Source of the DNA: Candidatus Latescibacterota bacterium
GTDB lineage: Bacteria; Latescibacterota; UBA2968; UBA8231
NCBI GenBank assembly: GCA_965200315.1
Contig: OZ241362.1
Coordinates: forward strand, 2,080,001 to 2,144,000
Length of the DNA: 64,000 nt
Reading direction: 5' to 3'
In this document: positions 18,344 through 26,880 of the stretch, in pieces
Layout of the letters: the number at the start of each line of letters is the position of its first letter
How positions within the stretch are numbered: position 1 is the first letter of the stretch
Made by a program: the position numbers and the translations under genes
Notes under the pieces: model-generated
Seen by the model: the letters and a program-made list of their open reading frames with translations, nothing else
Database searches by the model: none
What the model was told of the DNA's origin: nothing

Positions 18344-19764
18344 CTTAGCTCTGCCGTCCAATACGCCTGCGGGTCTCGCGCGCTATGGCCCACGCGCCGC
18401 ACCAAGCCCCGGGATGCCAACGCGTACAGATTCCTCAACACTACCGGACGCGAATAGCCAGTCAACGCCACCAACTCGCCGGTCCGCAACCGGCCAGCCA
18501 GCGCGATTTGTTCAAATAAATGACGTGCGGCTGCGGGCATTCCGCGCAGTTCATTCGGTTGAACTAGCGCACCGGACAGCGAGAGCTCAACGCCGCCCGC
18601 CATTTGCCTAACCATCGGCCGCTGCCGCCCGCTCGCTTCCATTATGGTTACCATGCGGCGCAACCCTTCCCCCAATTCCTGACCATACGACAAGTCGGTC
18701 ATCACTCGCGCAATGCGAGGATTGCGAGCAAACCTCCGCACCCCCAATAGGTCGTCCAAGGCCGTTATGCCGGGGAATCGGCCTGGACTCGACACCTCGA
18801 TCCTATTGTCGAACACGGCTAACCGGATGTGGTCGCCGAAGTTGCTGTACGCACGATGGATGACGGCGTTTACTAGTGCTTCCAGCCAAACCTCTTCTGG
18901 CACGATGCCAAACCAGCCAAAACGTCCATCCGGCCCCAAAGACTTACGCTTGGGCACGGCCTCGCGCATGGCCTGACGTGCCGCGTCGATCTGCTGCGGC
19001 AGCCGTCCCATGCAGCGAATGTCGCTGACCAGATTCTGCTCACTACCCGTGCGCCGCTCGCACCCGGCGTATTTCAGCACCCTGACAAAGGCTTGGGGAA
19101 ACGCCCTTTGTGGCTCGGCTGCAAACAGCAATGCACCCGCCGCGCGCGTTTTCCCATCCGGCCCGACCAAATCTCGCGCTTGCAACAGCCGCTGCGGGTC
19201 TAGATGCCCCACCCGTTCGGCGTAGGTGGCTACGCTATCTGCATCGAGTGGACAAGGCCCGTACGTGCTTGCGGGCGTGATTTCAAAACTAGTATCCCCG
19301 CGATCGTATTGAAATTCAATGCGCTGCTCAAAGGACAACCGGCGGTTTTCATCGCCGATGCGCAGGAAAACCTCGTCGCGGGTCGTGCTATGCACCCGAC
19401 TGCTCGGCGGTATGGATAGCAACAGCGCGTGGTCAGCCGCGCCCCAAGCATTGATGCACTGCAACAAGATCGGCTCAAAGCGCACCGGCGGCAGGGTCAA
19501 ATTAATCCCGGCCTGCCGCCACTCATTCTGCGCCTGCGGGCGGTCATCAATCCCCTCACAACTGCCAGCGCGAAAGCCGACGGCAATGACCCCACCCTCG
19601 GCATTCGCCATTGCTACCAATGTTTCGGCCAAACTACGGGCTGAAACACGCGCACTTTTGCGGTCAAACCATTGCCCTTCCGGCTCGGCTAGCAGAAGCT
19701 CAGTTACTGCATCCGGCGACATGGCGAATAGATTCTCAATCGGCGGCAACATACTTGGTCGCAT
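18340..19764 (-). CDS. Schlafen/AlbA_2 domain + HATPase_c_4 + HTH protein
   Basis: EGQWFDRKS..LVAMANAEGGVIAVG (AlbA_2); EALVNAVIHRAYS, SPG, RNPRIA, GEGLRR (ATP-binding RecG-C-like); C-terminal HTH. Stop overlaps convergent gene at CTAG 18340-18343. Confidence 0.85.
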   Translation of the reverse strand: MRPSMLPPIENLFAMSPDAVTELLLAEPEGQWFDRKSARVSARSLAETLVAMANAEGGVIAVGFRAGSCEGIDDRPQAQNEWRQAGINLTLPPVRFEPILLQCINAWGAADHALLLSIPPSSRVHSTTRDEVFLRIGDENRRLSFEQRIEFQYDRGDTSFEITPASTYGPCPLDADSVATYAERVGHLDPQRLLQARDLVGPDGKTRAAGALLFAAEPQRAFPQAFVRVLKYAGCERRTGSEQNLVSDIRCMGRLPQQIDAARQAMREAVPKRKSLGPDGRFGWFGIVPEEVWLEALVNAVIHRAYSNFGDHIRLAVFDNRIEVSSPGRFPGITALDDLLGVRRFARNPRIARVMTDLSYGQELGEGLRRMVTIMEASGRQRPMVRQMAGGVELSLSGALVQPNELRGMPAAARHLFEQIALAGRLRTGELVALTGYSRPVVLRNLYALASRGLVRRVGHSARDPQAYWTAELS

Positions 19765-20006
19765 GAATAAGGAAGGTCGTAAGTTTGCGCTGAGGACGCC
19801 CCAAGCGCGGCATCCCGGTCCAAAAACGAGTCCACATAAGCAATCCTACATCATTATTGTATAAAATGATCCGCATAAGGACGCAGCATAGGAGAAACAA
19901 GACGAGCCGCATCTCGAATCATTCAAGTCATCCAAGATTGCTATAGCTTTGCTGTAGTACTATGTCATACTATAAATAATTTATAGTAATAGCTTAGTAA
20001 TAGCTC

Positions 20007-21194
20007 TTATTTTTTTTCTTTTCCCGCTTCCAACCCCCGGGCGATGTCCAAATTTTCGCGGAATCCCTGGTCGTCTGGGGCCAAGCGCACCGCGCTGGCA
20101 AACGCGGCGGCCGCCGCCGCAAAGTCCCGGCTCATCAGGTGCAGGTTGCCGAGGCTATTGTACGCGTTGGCATGAGTCGAATCCGCGGCGAGTGCTTGGG
20201 CAAAAAGCTGTTGGGCCGCATCGAATCGCTCCTCGCGCAAATAGATGTTGCCCAAGTTCACATAGGCCGCGGCAAAAGTCGAGTCGAGCGCAAGGGCGCG
20301 GCGGTAGCGTGCCGCGGCCGCGGCGAATTGGCGGCGCTGGCCGTAGAGCACACCCAAATCGTAGTGGCGGCGCGCATCCTCGGCCTCGCTCAAGAGCGTA
20401 AACTCCAAGCTCTTGATCATCTTTTCCTCTTCTTCGAGGTGCGCAAATCGCTCCAACACCTCGCGGCCTTTTTCCCGCTCGCCCAAGCGCATATAAACCT
20501 GTCCTAAATCGTAGTGCGGACGCGCCCAGAACGGGCGCAGCGCAACGGCCCGCAGCAACAGATCCTCGGCCTCTTCGTAGCGCTGCTCCTCCACATACAA
20601 AGCACCCAAGCCCGCGTACGCGCCCGCTTGGGTCGTGTCCGCGCGAATCGCTTGGACAAACGCCGTTTTCGCCGCTTCGCGCTCGCCGCGCTTGACTTCG
20701 ACTCGGCCGAGATGATACCAAAGCTCATAGTGCGTCGAATCGACCTGCAAGGCGCGCTCGTACAGGGCAGCGGCCTCTTGGTATGCGCCCTGCCGGATGT
20801 GCAGCAGGCCCAAGGCATTGTACGCGGAAAGGTGTCCGGGGTCGCTTGCCAATGCCTCGCGGAGCGGCGCGTAGGCCGCCTCGTATTTTTTCTGCCGAAT
20901 GTACACGGCACCGAGCTGGTAATAAGCGTCCGCGTAGTCGGGCTTGAGTGCTATGGCTTTTTGGTACGCGGCCTCGGCTTGATCGAGGGCATCGGTCAAA
21001 AAATAGGCGTTGGCCAGATTGTAGTGGACTTGGGGCGCGTCGGGCATCTGCTCGGCTGCTTGCCTGTACGCGGCAATGGCTGCGTGGAAACGCCCGCCTT
21101 GGGCGTGTTCAAGCCCCTGCTCGAAATGCGTACGCCCGGGCTCCGGCTCTTGGCAGCCGATGAGCAGCAGCACCAAGCACGAAGCCCTAATCAT
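20007..21194 (-). CDS. Tetratricopeptide repeat lipoprotein
   Basis: MIRASCLVLLLIGC lipobox; many TPRs; similar architecture to 11719..12921. Confidence 0.85.
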   Translation of the reverse strand: MIRASCLVLLLIGCQEPEPGRTHFEQGLEHAQGGRFHAAIAAYRQAAEQMPDAPQVHYNLANAYFLTDALDQAEAAYQKAIALKPDYADAYYQLGAVYIRQKKYEAAYAPLREALASDPGHLSAYNALGLLHIRQGAYQEAAALYERALQVDSTHYELWYHLGRVEVKRGEREAAKTAFVQAIRADTTQAGAYAGLGALYVEEQRYEEAEDLLLRAVALRPFWARPHYDLGQVYMRLGEREKGREVLERFAHLEEEEKMIKSLEFTLLSEAEDARRHYDLGVLYGQRRQFAAAAARYRRALALDSTFAAAYVNLGNIYLREERFDAAQQLFAQALAADSTHANAYNSLGNLHLMSRDFAAAAAAFASAVRLAPDDQGFRENLDIARGLEAGKEKK

Positions 21195-22777
21195 CGCGGC
21201 TCCTCCGCGATCAACACTTGTCCGGCCAGCACTCCCTCAAACCGCTGCACCTTGCCGCTGGGCCAGCGAATCTCCACTTCGTCGGCCCGCGTGTTAGTGC
21301 CGAGGCCGAAAAAGACGCACGGATCGTGGCTCGACAGATAACTGCCGCCGCGGCGAACCTCCCGCATTTGCACTCGAGGCCCGGTGCGCACGCGGATGCG
21401 AGAGCCGACGCCATCGCGGTTGCTCTCCACGCCGACCGTGCGGACGGCCAAATAGTTGCGCTCGCCGCCCATGTCGTTGCGCAGAAGCGAGGAACGCGCA
21501 TTGATGTGGGATACCGCAATATCGAGGTCGCCGTCGTTGTCGCAATCGCCCAAGGCCGCCCCTCGGCTCGACCGCAGAGCACCAAGCCCGGCCGCGGCAC
21601 TGACCTCGGCAAATCCAGCAGCGCCGTCGTTTCTGAACAACTGATTGGGCTGTGCGTACGTGGTCTCGGCGAAAAGTTCCACATTGTCGTCGATGTGGCC
21701 ATTGGCCACGAAGAGATCTTCGTCGCCGTCGAGATCCCAGTCGAAGAAAGCCGTGCCCCAAGCTAGGTACGCCAGTGAAGGCTTGCCCAATTTGGCGTCT
21801 GTCGTCCGGTCGCGGAAAAACCCCTCGCCCTCGTTGTGGTATAAGGTATTGGTCTCCAAGTAGAAATTAGTCACAAAAAAATCAAAGGCCCCGTTGTTGT
21901 CGTAATCGCCCGCGGCCACCCCCATCCCGGCTTCGGATTGGCCCTGCCTGTTGTGGGAAACCCCGGCGATCAAACCCATTTCCGCGAAGTGCCCACCCTC
22001 GTTTTGGTAGAGCAAATTGGGCGTACCGTCGCCGGCGGCGAATAGGTCTAAGTCGCCATCGAGATCCCAATCGGCAAAGACCGCGCCCAGCTCCCGCGCT
22101 TGCCCCGGCGCAAGACCTACTTCTGCGCCGATCTCGGCGAAGCGGCCGCCGTCGTTGCGGTAGAAAGCATCCCCTTCGGGCGCATAGGTCCACGGCGCGC
22201 AATAGACGCGGACGCTATCCTGGCGAAAACAGGCGCGGTGCGGGTCGGCGCGAAAGTCCAGATAGTTGGCCACATATAGGTCTAGGTCGCCATCGAGATC
22301 CCAATCGCCGAAAGCTGCGCCGGTGCCGAAGCCCTCGTCGCCCACGCCGGCTGTGGCCGTAGCATCGGCAAAGCGACCGTCACCTCGGTTGCGATAGAGG
22401 ATGTTCGCGCCGTAGCAGGTGATGTACAGATCTGCATCGCCATCGTTGTCGTAGTCCGCGGCCACCACGCCCATGCCGCACCCGGAATTCCCCACGCCGG
22501 CCGCTTGCGTCTGATCGGCAAAACGACCGTTGCCCTCGTTTTGGCATAACGCAGCCGGGCCCGCGACATTGACCCAATACAGGTCGAGCCAGCCGTCGTC
22601 GTCATAGTCAAAAAAGGCCACGCCCGACCCCATAGTCTCGGGCAATTGCTTCTGGCCCTCAGCCCCATTGCGGTGTTTGAATTCAATGCCAGCCGCCGCG
22701 GCCACATCCACGTACCGAGGTTGGGCGGGCGCGTCCCCCGTCCACAGGATAATCAGCGGCGCAAAAACCCAGCTCAT
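21191..22777 (-). CDS. CRTAC1 family protein (FG-GAP + ASPIC/UnbV)
   Basis: Probable start ATG 22777 (ATGA overlap); PETMGSGVAFFDYDDDG, repeated DxDxDG motifs, SNRDGVGSRI...FGLG...RWPSG. Confidence 0.9.
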   Translation of the reverse strand: MSWVFAPLIILWTGDAPAQPRYVDVAAAAGIEFKHRNGAEGQKQLPETMGSGVAFFDYDDDGWLDLYWVNVAGPAALCQNEGNGRFADQTQAAGVGNSGCGMGVVAADYDNDGDADLYITCYGANILYRNRGDGRFADATATAGVGDEGFGTGAAFGDWDLDGDLDLYVANYLDFRADPHRACFRQDSVRVYCAPWTYAPEGDAFYRNDGGRFAEIGAEVGLAPGQARELGAVFADWDLDGDLDLFAAGDGTPNLLYQNEGGHFAEMGLIAGVSHNRQGQSEAGMGVAAGDYDNNGAFDFFVTNFYLETNTLYHNEGEGFFRDRTTDAKLGKPSLAYLAWGTAFFDWDLDGDEDLFVANGHIDDNVELFAETTYAQPNQLFRNDGAAGFAEVSAAAGLGALRSSRGAALGDCDNDGDLDIAVSHINARSSLLRNDMGGERNYLAVRTVGVESNRDGVGSRIRVRTGPRVQMREVRRGGSYLSSHDPCVFFGLGTNTRADEVEIRWPSGKVQRFEGVLAGQVLIAEEPR

Positions 22778-23655
22778 CGGTCCATTATGTCCGTCCATGT
22801 CGTTGGGGCCGGCGCGGCTGTTGGCGGGGATTGATTGACCAACGGATGGTAGTAAATGTCCGGTAGGTTGACCATCGGCCCGGGCAGCGACAAGCTCCCT
22901 TCCGTCCCGTGGATGTCGATTCGATAGGGATTCTCCTTGCCGTCGCCTCGGTAGGACTCAAAGTCAGCGGCCACGCCGCCGGGGAACTCGTAGTACGCCT
23001 TGATTCCATCTCCGGCGACCAACCCCATCCCCTCAACGCCTTCCTGTAGATTCGCCGGCGTCGCGCTGCGCCCGCCCTGCGTCAGATGCGCGTGGCACCA
23101 CAGCGGCGCACCAAACAACTGCCAAAGCAAGTCAAAGAAATGCGGATACAAGTCCAAAAACAGTTGATCGCCGCCATGCACACCGCCCATCCCATAAACC
23201 CGGCATAGCCGCGGCTGACCAATTTTCCCCGCCGGAATCGCCGGAATCGCCACCTGCTGGATCGGCGGATGCCCCCGCCACGGATGCGCCACCACCACCG
23301 TCACTCCGGCCCTATCGCGCGCTGCGATCATCTGGTCAACTTGGGCGACCGAAGCGGCCACTGGCTTTTCGAGGTACAGATGCACCCCGCGCTCCACGCA
23401 ATTGAGCACCAACGCCAAGTGATCGCCGATTTCCCGCGAGGCCACCACCGCGATATCCGGCTGCTGCTCCTCTAACATCTGCGCGTAATCGGCGTATCCC
23501 TTGGGTGCTCCGGTCTTGGCGACAGCGGCTTGGCGTCCCGCCTCGTCCGGGTCGGCCAGTGCTACAATCTCCGCGCCTTCCACTCCGACAAACGCCATGT
23601 CGAGATAGTGGCCGTAGTTGCCGCGGCCCGTGTGGCCAATTATTCCAACTTTCAC
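22774..23655 (-). CDS. Gfo/Idh/MocA family oxidoreductase, possibly C-terminally truncated
   Basis: KVGIIGHTGRGNYGH, YLEKP; only 293 aa, ends in low-complexity PPTAAPAPTT. Confidence 0.75.
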   Translation of the reverse strand: MKVGIIGHTGRGNYGHYLDMAFVGVEGAEIVALADPDEAGRQAAVAKTGAPKGYADYAQMLEEQQPDIAVVASREIGDHLALVLNCVERGVHLYLEKPVAASVAQVDQMIAARDRAGVTVVVAHPWRGHPPIQQVAIPAIPAGKIGQPRLCRVYGMGGVHGGDQLFLDLYPHFFDLLWQLFGAPLWCHAHLTQGGRSATPANLQEGVEGMGLVAGDGIKAYYEFPGGVAADFESYRGDGKENPYRIDIHGTEGSLSLPGPMVNLPDIYYHPLVNQSPPTAAPAPTTWTDIMDR

Positions 23656-23673
23656 TCGCTACCTCCTCTTTGC

Positions 23674-24684
23674 TCAGCTATTGGACAATTCCACCGCCCG
23701 TCCCGTCTCCATAGACTCCTTCACCGCGTCTAATACCCGCATCTGCGCGACGCTGTGCTCCGGCGTGATCCGATGCTCCCGCCCCTCGGCCAAGCACTCG
23801 CACAGGTGCTGCAACTGCAAGGCAAACTGAAAGCACGGCGGAAATTCGACGACCTCCACTCCGCTCGGCGTGCGATGCTCTATGGTGACGGCGCGATTCT
23901 CGTTGTTCCACACCTGATCTAGCCGTAGCATCCCGCGGTGCCCGGAAATTTCCGCGTACTGCGAGCTGAACGTATTAAAACCCACGGAAATCTGCGCGGT
24001 GCGGCCCCCGGAAAAGACGAGCACAATCGACGCGGCATCGTCGGTTTCCAAGCCTAGCTGCTGCGCGGCAAACACCCGCTTTGGCTCCTCGCCAAATATG
24101 AACCGCGCGTGGTGAATGTTGTAACAGGCCAAGTCGTAGATACTGCCGCCGCCTTTGGCCTTGTTGAAGCGCCAATTCGACTCGGGCCTGCGCTCTGTGA
24201 GGGCGCCTCCTGAACTGGTGCAAAACGTGCTCCGCACGCCGACCAAGTCGCCGATCTCACCGGCGTCGAGCATGGCCTTGGCCCGCAAGTGCATGGGGTG
24301 ATGGCGAAACTTAAACGCCTCGGCCACGAGGACGCGGTTTCTCCTGCCGGCTGCGGCAAAAGCCGCTGCTTCGACCGCGTTTTGGGTGAAGGGCTTTTCG
24401 CAGAGCACGGCTTGTACCCGCCCCGAATCGCAGATTTGAATCCCGGTCTCGGCGTGAAAAGCACCCCAAGTGCAGATGATGGCAATGTCTAGCTCGGCGT
24501 CGTGGAGCATGGCGTCGAGTTCGGTATAACGCGCTGCAACGCCGAACTCCTCGCCGTAGCGCGCTAGCTGTTCTGCGGATACGTCGCAGATGGCGACGAG
24601 TTCGGCTTCGGCAATCTGCTGGCAGGCCGTGCCGTGAGCGCGGGCGATACCACCCGTGCCCACGAGGCCAACGCGATAGGGCAC
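23674..24684 (-). CDS. Gfo/Idh/MocA family oxidoreductase
   Basis: RVGLVGTGGIA, LCEKP, AFKFRHHP, GGGSIYDLACY. Confidence 0.9.
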   Translation of the reverse strand: MPYRVGLVGTGGIARAHGTACQQIAEAELVAICDVSAEQLARYGEEFGVAARYTELDAMLHDAELDIAIICTWGAFHAETGIQICDSGRVQAVLCEKPFTQNAVEAAAFAAAGRRNRVLVAEAFKFRHHPMHLRAKAMLDAGEIGDLVGVRSTFCTSSGGALTERRPESNWRFNKAKGGGSIYDLACYNIHHARFIFGEEPKRVFAAQQLGLETDDAASIVLVFSGGRTAQISVGFNTFSSQYAEISGHRGMLRLDQVWNNENRAVTIEHRTPSGVEVVEFPPCFQFALQLQHLCECLAEGREHRITPEHSVAQMRVLDAVKESMETGRAVELSNS

Positions 24685-24703
24685 GGCATCTTCCTTGCGA
24701 TGG

Positions 24704-25171
24704 TTATATCTGTGGGCTTAGATCTTTGGGTTCAAAAAGTTGCGGCTGCAAGTAGATGGGTGCGCCGAGGCGCGTCACCAGCACCATGCCGTCGCTGGGC
24801 CGGCAATCAAGAACCCACTCGCCAGCCTCGGTTTCAATGTACAAGTTGGCGTGGAAGGTGTCGTCCTTGATGCTGTGGACGACGAGGTGCCGCACCTCGC
24901 CTTGCAGCTTCTCCAGCATCGCTTCCAACAGATCGTACGCCAGCGGGCGCGGGAAGTCCTCGTCTTGCATGGCCCTGACTAACGCCCGTGCCTCGCAGTG
25001 ACCGATGATGATGGGCAACGGCGGCACGTCGTCCCCTTTGAGCACGACAGCCACCCCATCTTCGCCGAAGTCGCGCACATTGACAATGCGGGCGGGAATG
25101 AGGCCAACCGGGGGTTCTCGACCACAGGCTACCAGCGCAAGGGCCGCCAATACCACGAGGAGCTGTTTCAT
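24704..25171 (-). CDS. Bifunctional nuclease (DUF151) domain protein with lipoprotein signal
   Basis: AAGGAG RBS then MKQLLVVLAALALVAC; LPIIIGHCEA, PRPLAYDL, DCRPSDG DUF151 motifs. Confidence 0.8.
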   Translation of the reverse strand: MKQLLVVLAALALVACGREPPVGLIPARIVNVRDFGEDGVAVVLKGDDVPPLPIIIGHCEARALVRAMQDEDFPRPLAYDLLEAMLEKLQGEVRHLVVHSIKDDTFHANLYIETEAGEWVLDCRPSDGMVLVTRLGAPIYLQPQLFEPKDLSPQI

Positions 25172-25486
25172 AATATATTGCTCCTTTTCGGTTTGAGTCT
25201 TTTGCACACGGCCAATTATAGGGGCTGGGGTCGCGGCCTGCAAAAGTGGCTGAGCGCCGTCCGGCAGTCCCTCGGCGGTGATGGTTGGTTGACCGGGGCC
25301 AGATAGTGTTGGGTCTCCAAGCAAACCGGCGAATTTGTCCCAGCATTCCTCAACACTCCGTCTAAGCGAATGTACGCTCCGCGCAGTCGCGTACCCTACC
25401 ATCAGGCGGCAGCGGCACAAAAAATGAAACCGCAAGGGAATGAATAGAATCAAGCGATGGTCTAACGTGATGATGTAGCTAAACAG

Positions 25487-25534
25487 AACTGACCAGTCAG
25501 TTTTATTGACAAAGATCGAAGCCTCATTTATACT
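25487..25534 (+). promoter_or_regulatory. Sigma70 promoter of the RND operon with adjacent palindromic operator
   Basis: AACTGAC-CA-GTCAGTT (25487-25502) just upstream of TTGACA (25506-25511)-17 nt-TATACT (25529-25534). Confidence 0.75.
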
Positions 25535-25602
25535 TCTTGGCGACACACGCCAAGAGAAAGGAACCCCGTGAACAAAACACACACAACCAAGACCTGCTCC
25601 AG

Positions 25603-26880
25603 ATGACAACTCGCCAATATGCGCTGTACATCGGCAGCGTCTTGCTCCTCGCGCTAGGCTGCGGCGAAGAGCAAGACGCACGGGACCCCCAGCGCGGCGG
25701 TTGGGGCGGACGCGAAGCGGCGGCCATTCCGGTCAAAGGCGAAAAGGTCACTCGCGGCGACATGAACGCCTACATTGAGACGTACTCTCGCCTCGAAGCC
25801 GAGCGCCGAGTCAGCGTCTTGGCGCGCACGACCGGCCTAGTCGAGGAGCTCGCGGCCGAAGAGGGCGACCGAGTGCGCCAAGGCCAAGTGATGGTGCGCC
25901 TCAACAAGGACGAACTGAGCCTAAACTTGCGCCAAGCCGAACAGGCTTTTGCCGACGCCAGCACCAACTACGACCGCATCAAGGCGCTGTACGAGCGCAC
26001 CATGGTCAGCCAATCCGAATACGACGCGGCTCACCTCCGCTTGGACAATGCCAAGATCGGCCTCGAAGAAACCCAGCTCAATCTCGCGTACGCCGACGTT
26101 ACCGCGCCGATTGCTGGCGTCGTCACCCAGCGGTTGGTCGAAGTGGGCGACCTAGTGCGCGGCAATCAAGAAGTTTTCGTCATCGCCGACCGCGACCCGC
26201 TGTTGGTGCGCATCTTCGCGCCCGAGCAGCGCATGTACCAGCTACACCCCGGCCAAGAGGCGACCATCGCGGTCGAGGCCCTGCCCGACACGAGCTTCCG
26301 CGGCCGCATCCGCATGATTAGTCCAGAGATCGATCCCGCCAGCGGCACCGTCAAGGTCACCCTCGAAGTTGCCAGCAACGGCTTGCTCAAACCGGGGATG
26401 TTCGCCACGGTGCGCATTATTACCGAGCGGCGGCCCCAGACCTTGATCGTCCCCAAGAAGGCCCTAATCCTCGAGACCGACGAGGACGACGTCTTCCTCA
26501 TCGAGGACAGCAGGGTGCGCCGGGTCGCCGTTGAGTTGGGCTTTGTCGAGGGCGATCAAGTCGAGATCGTCGCCGGCCTCAAAGAAGGCGACCAAGTAGT
26601 AACCGTTGGTCACGAGGGCCTGAAAGACGGGGCGGCCGTGCGGCTGGCCGGCGAGGGCCTACCGACGCCAGAAGAATTGGCCGCCTCAGAGTCGGCTGGC
26701 CCCCGAGGCGGAGGATTTGGTCCGCCCGGGGCTAGAGGCGGCCTGTCCGACAGCTTGCGCCAAGTCATCGCCGAGTACCGCCGCCAAGGCAAGCCTTTGC
26801 CCGACAGCTTGCGCCAAGTTCTGCGCGCAATGCGCGAGCAGCGCGGCGGGGGCTGGCAAGGTAGAGGTAGAGGCCAGTGA
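25603..26880 (+). CDS. RND efflux periplasmic adaptor (membrane fusion) lipoprotein
   Basis: MTTRQYALYIGSVLLLALGC lipobox; EEGDRVRQGQ, VTAPIAGVV, LKPGMFATV, GLKEGDQVV. Confidence 0.9.
   Translation: MTTRQYALYIGSVLLLALGCGEEQDARDPQRGGWGGREAAAIPVKGEKVTRGDMNAYIETYSRLEAERRVSVLARTTGLVEELAAEEGDRVRQGQVMVRLNKDELSLNLRQAEQAFADASTNYDRIKALYERTMVSQSEYDAAHLRLDNAKIGLEETQLNLAYADVTAPIAGVVTQRLVEVGDLVRGNQEVFVIADRDPLLVRIFAPEQRMYQLHPGQEATIAVEALPDTSFRGRIRMISPEIDPASGTVKVTLEVASNGLLKPGMFATVRIITERRPQTLIVPKKALILETDEDDVFLIEDSRVRRVAVELGFVEGDQVEIVAGLKEGDQVVTVGHEGLKDGAAVRLAGEGLPTPEELAASESAGPRGGGFGPPGARGGLSDSLRQVIAEYRRQGKPLPDSLRQVLRAMREQRGGGWQGRGRGQ

Noticed and set aside
25172-25681. 170-aa N-terminal extension of the DUF151 ORF
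   Set aside because: Overlaps the divergent RND promoter; ATG 25171 has a strong RBS and lipobox.
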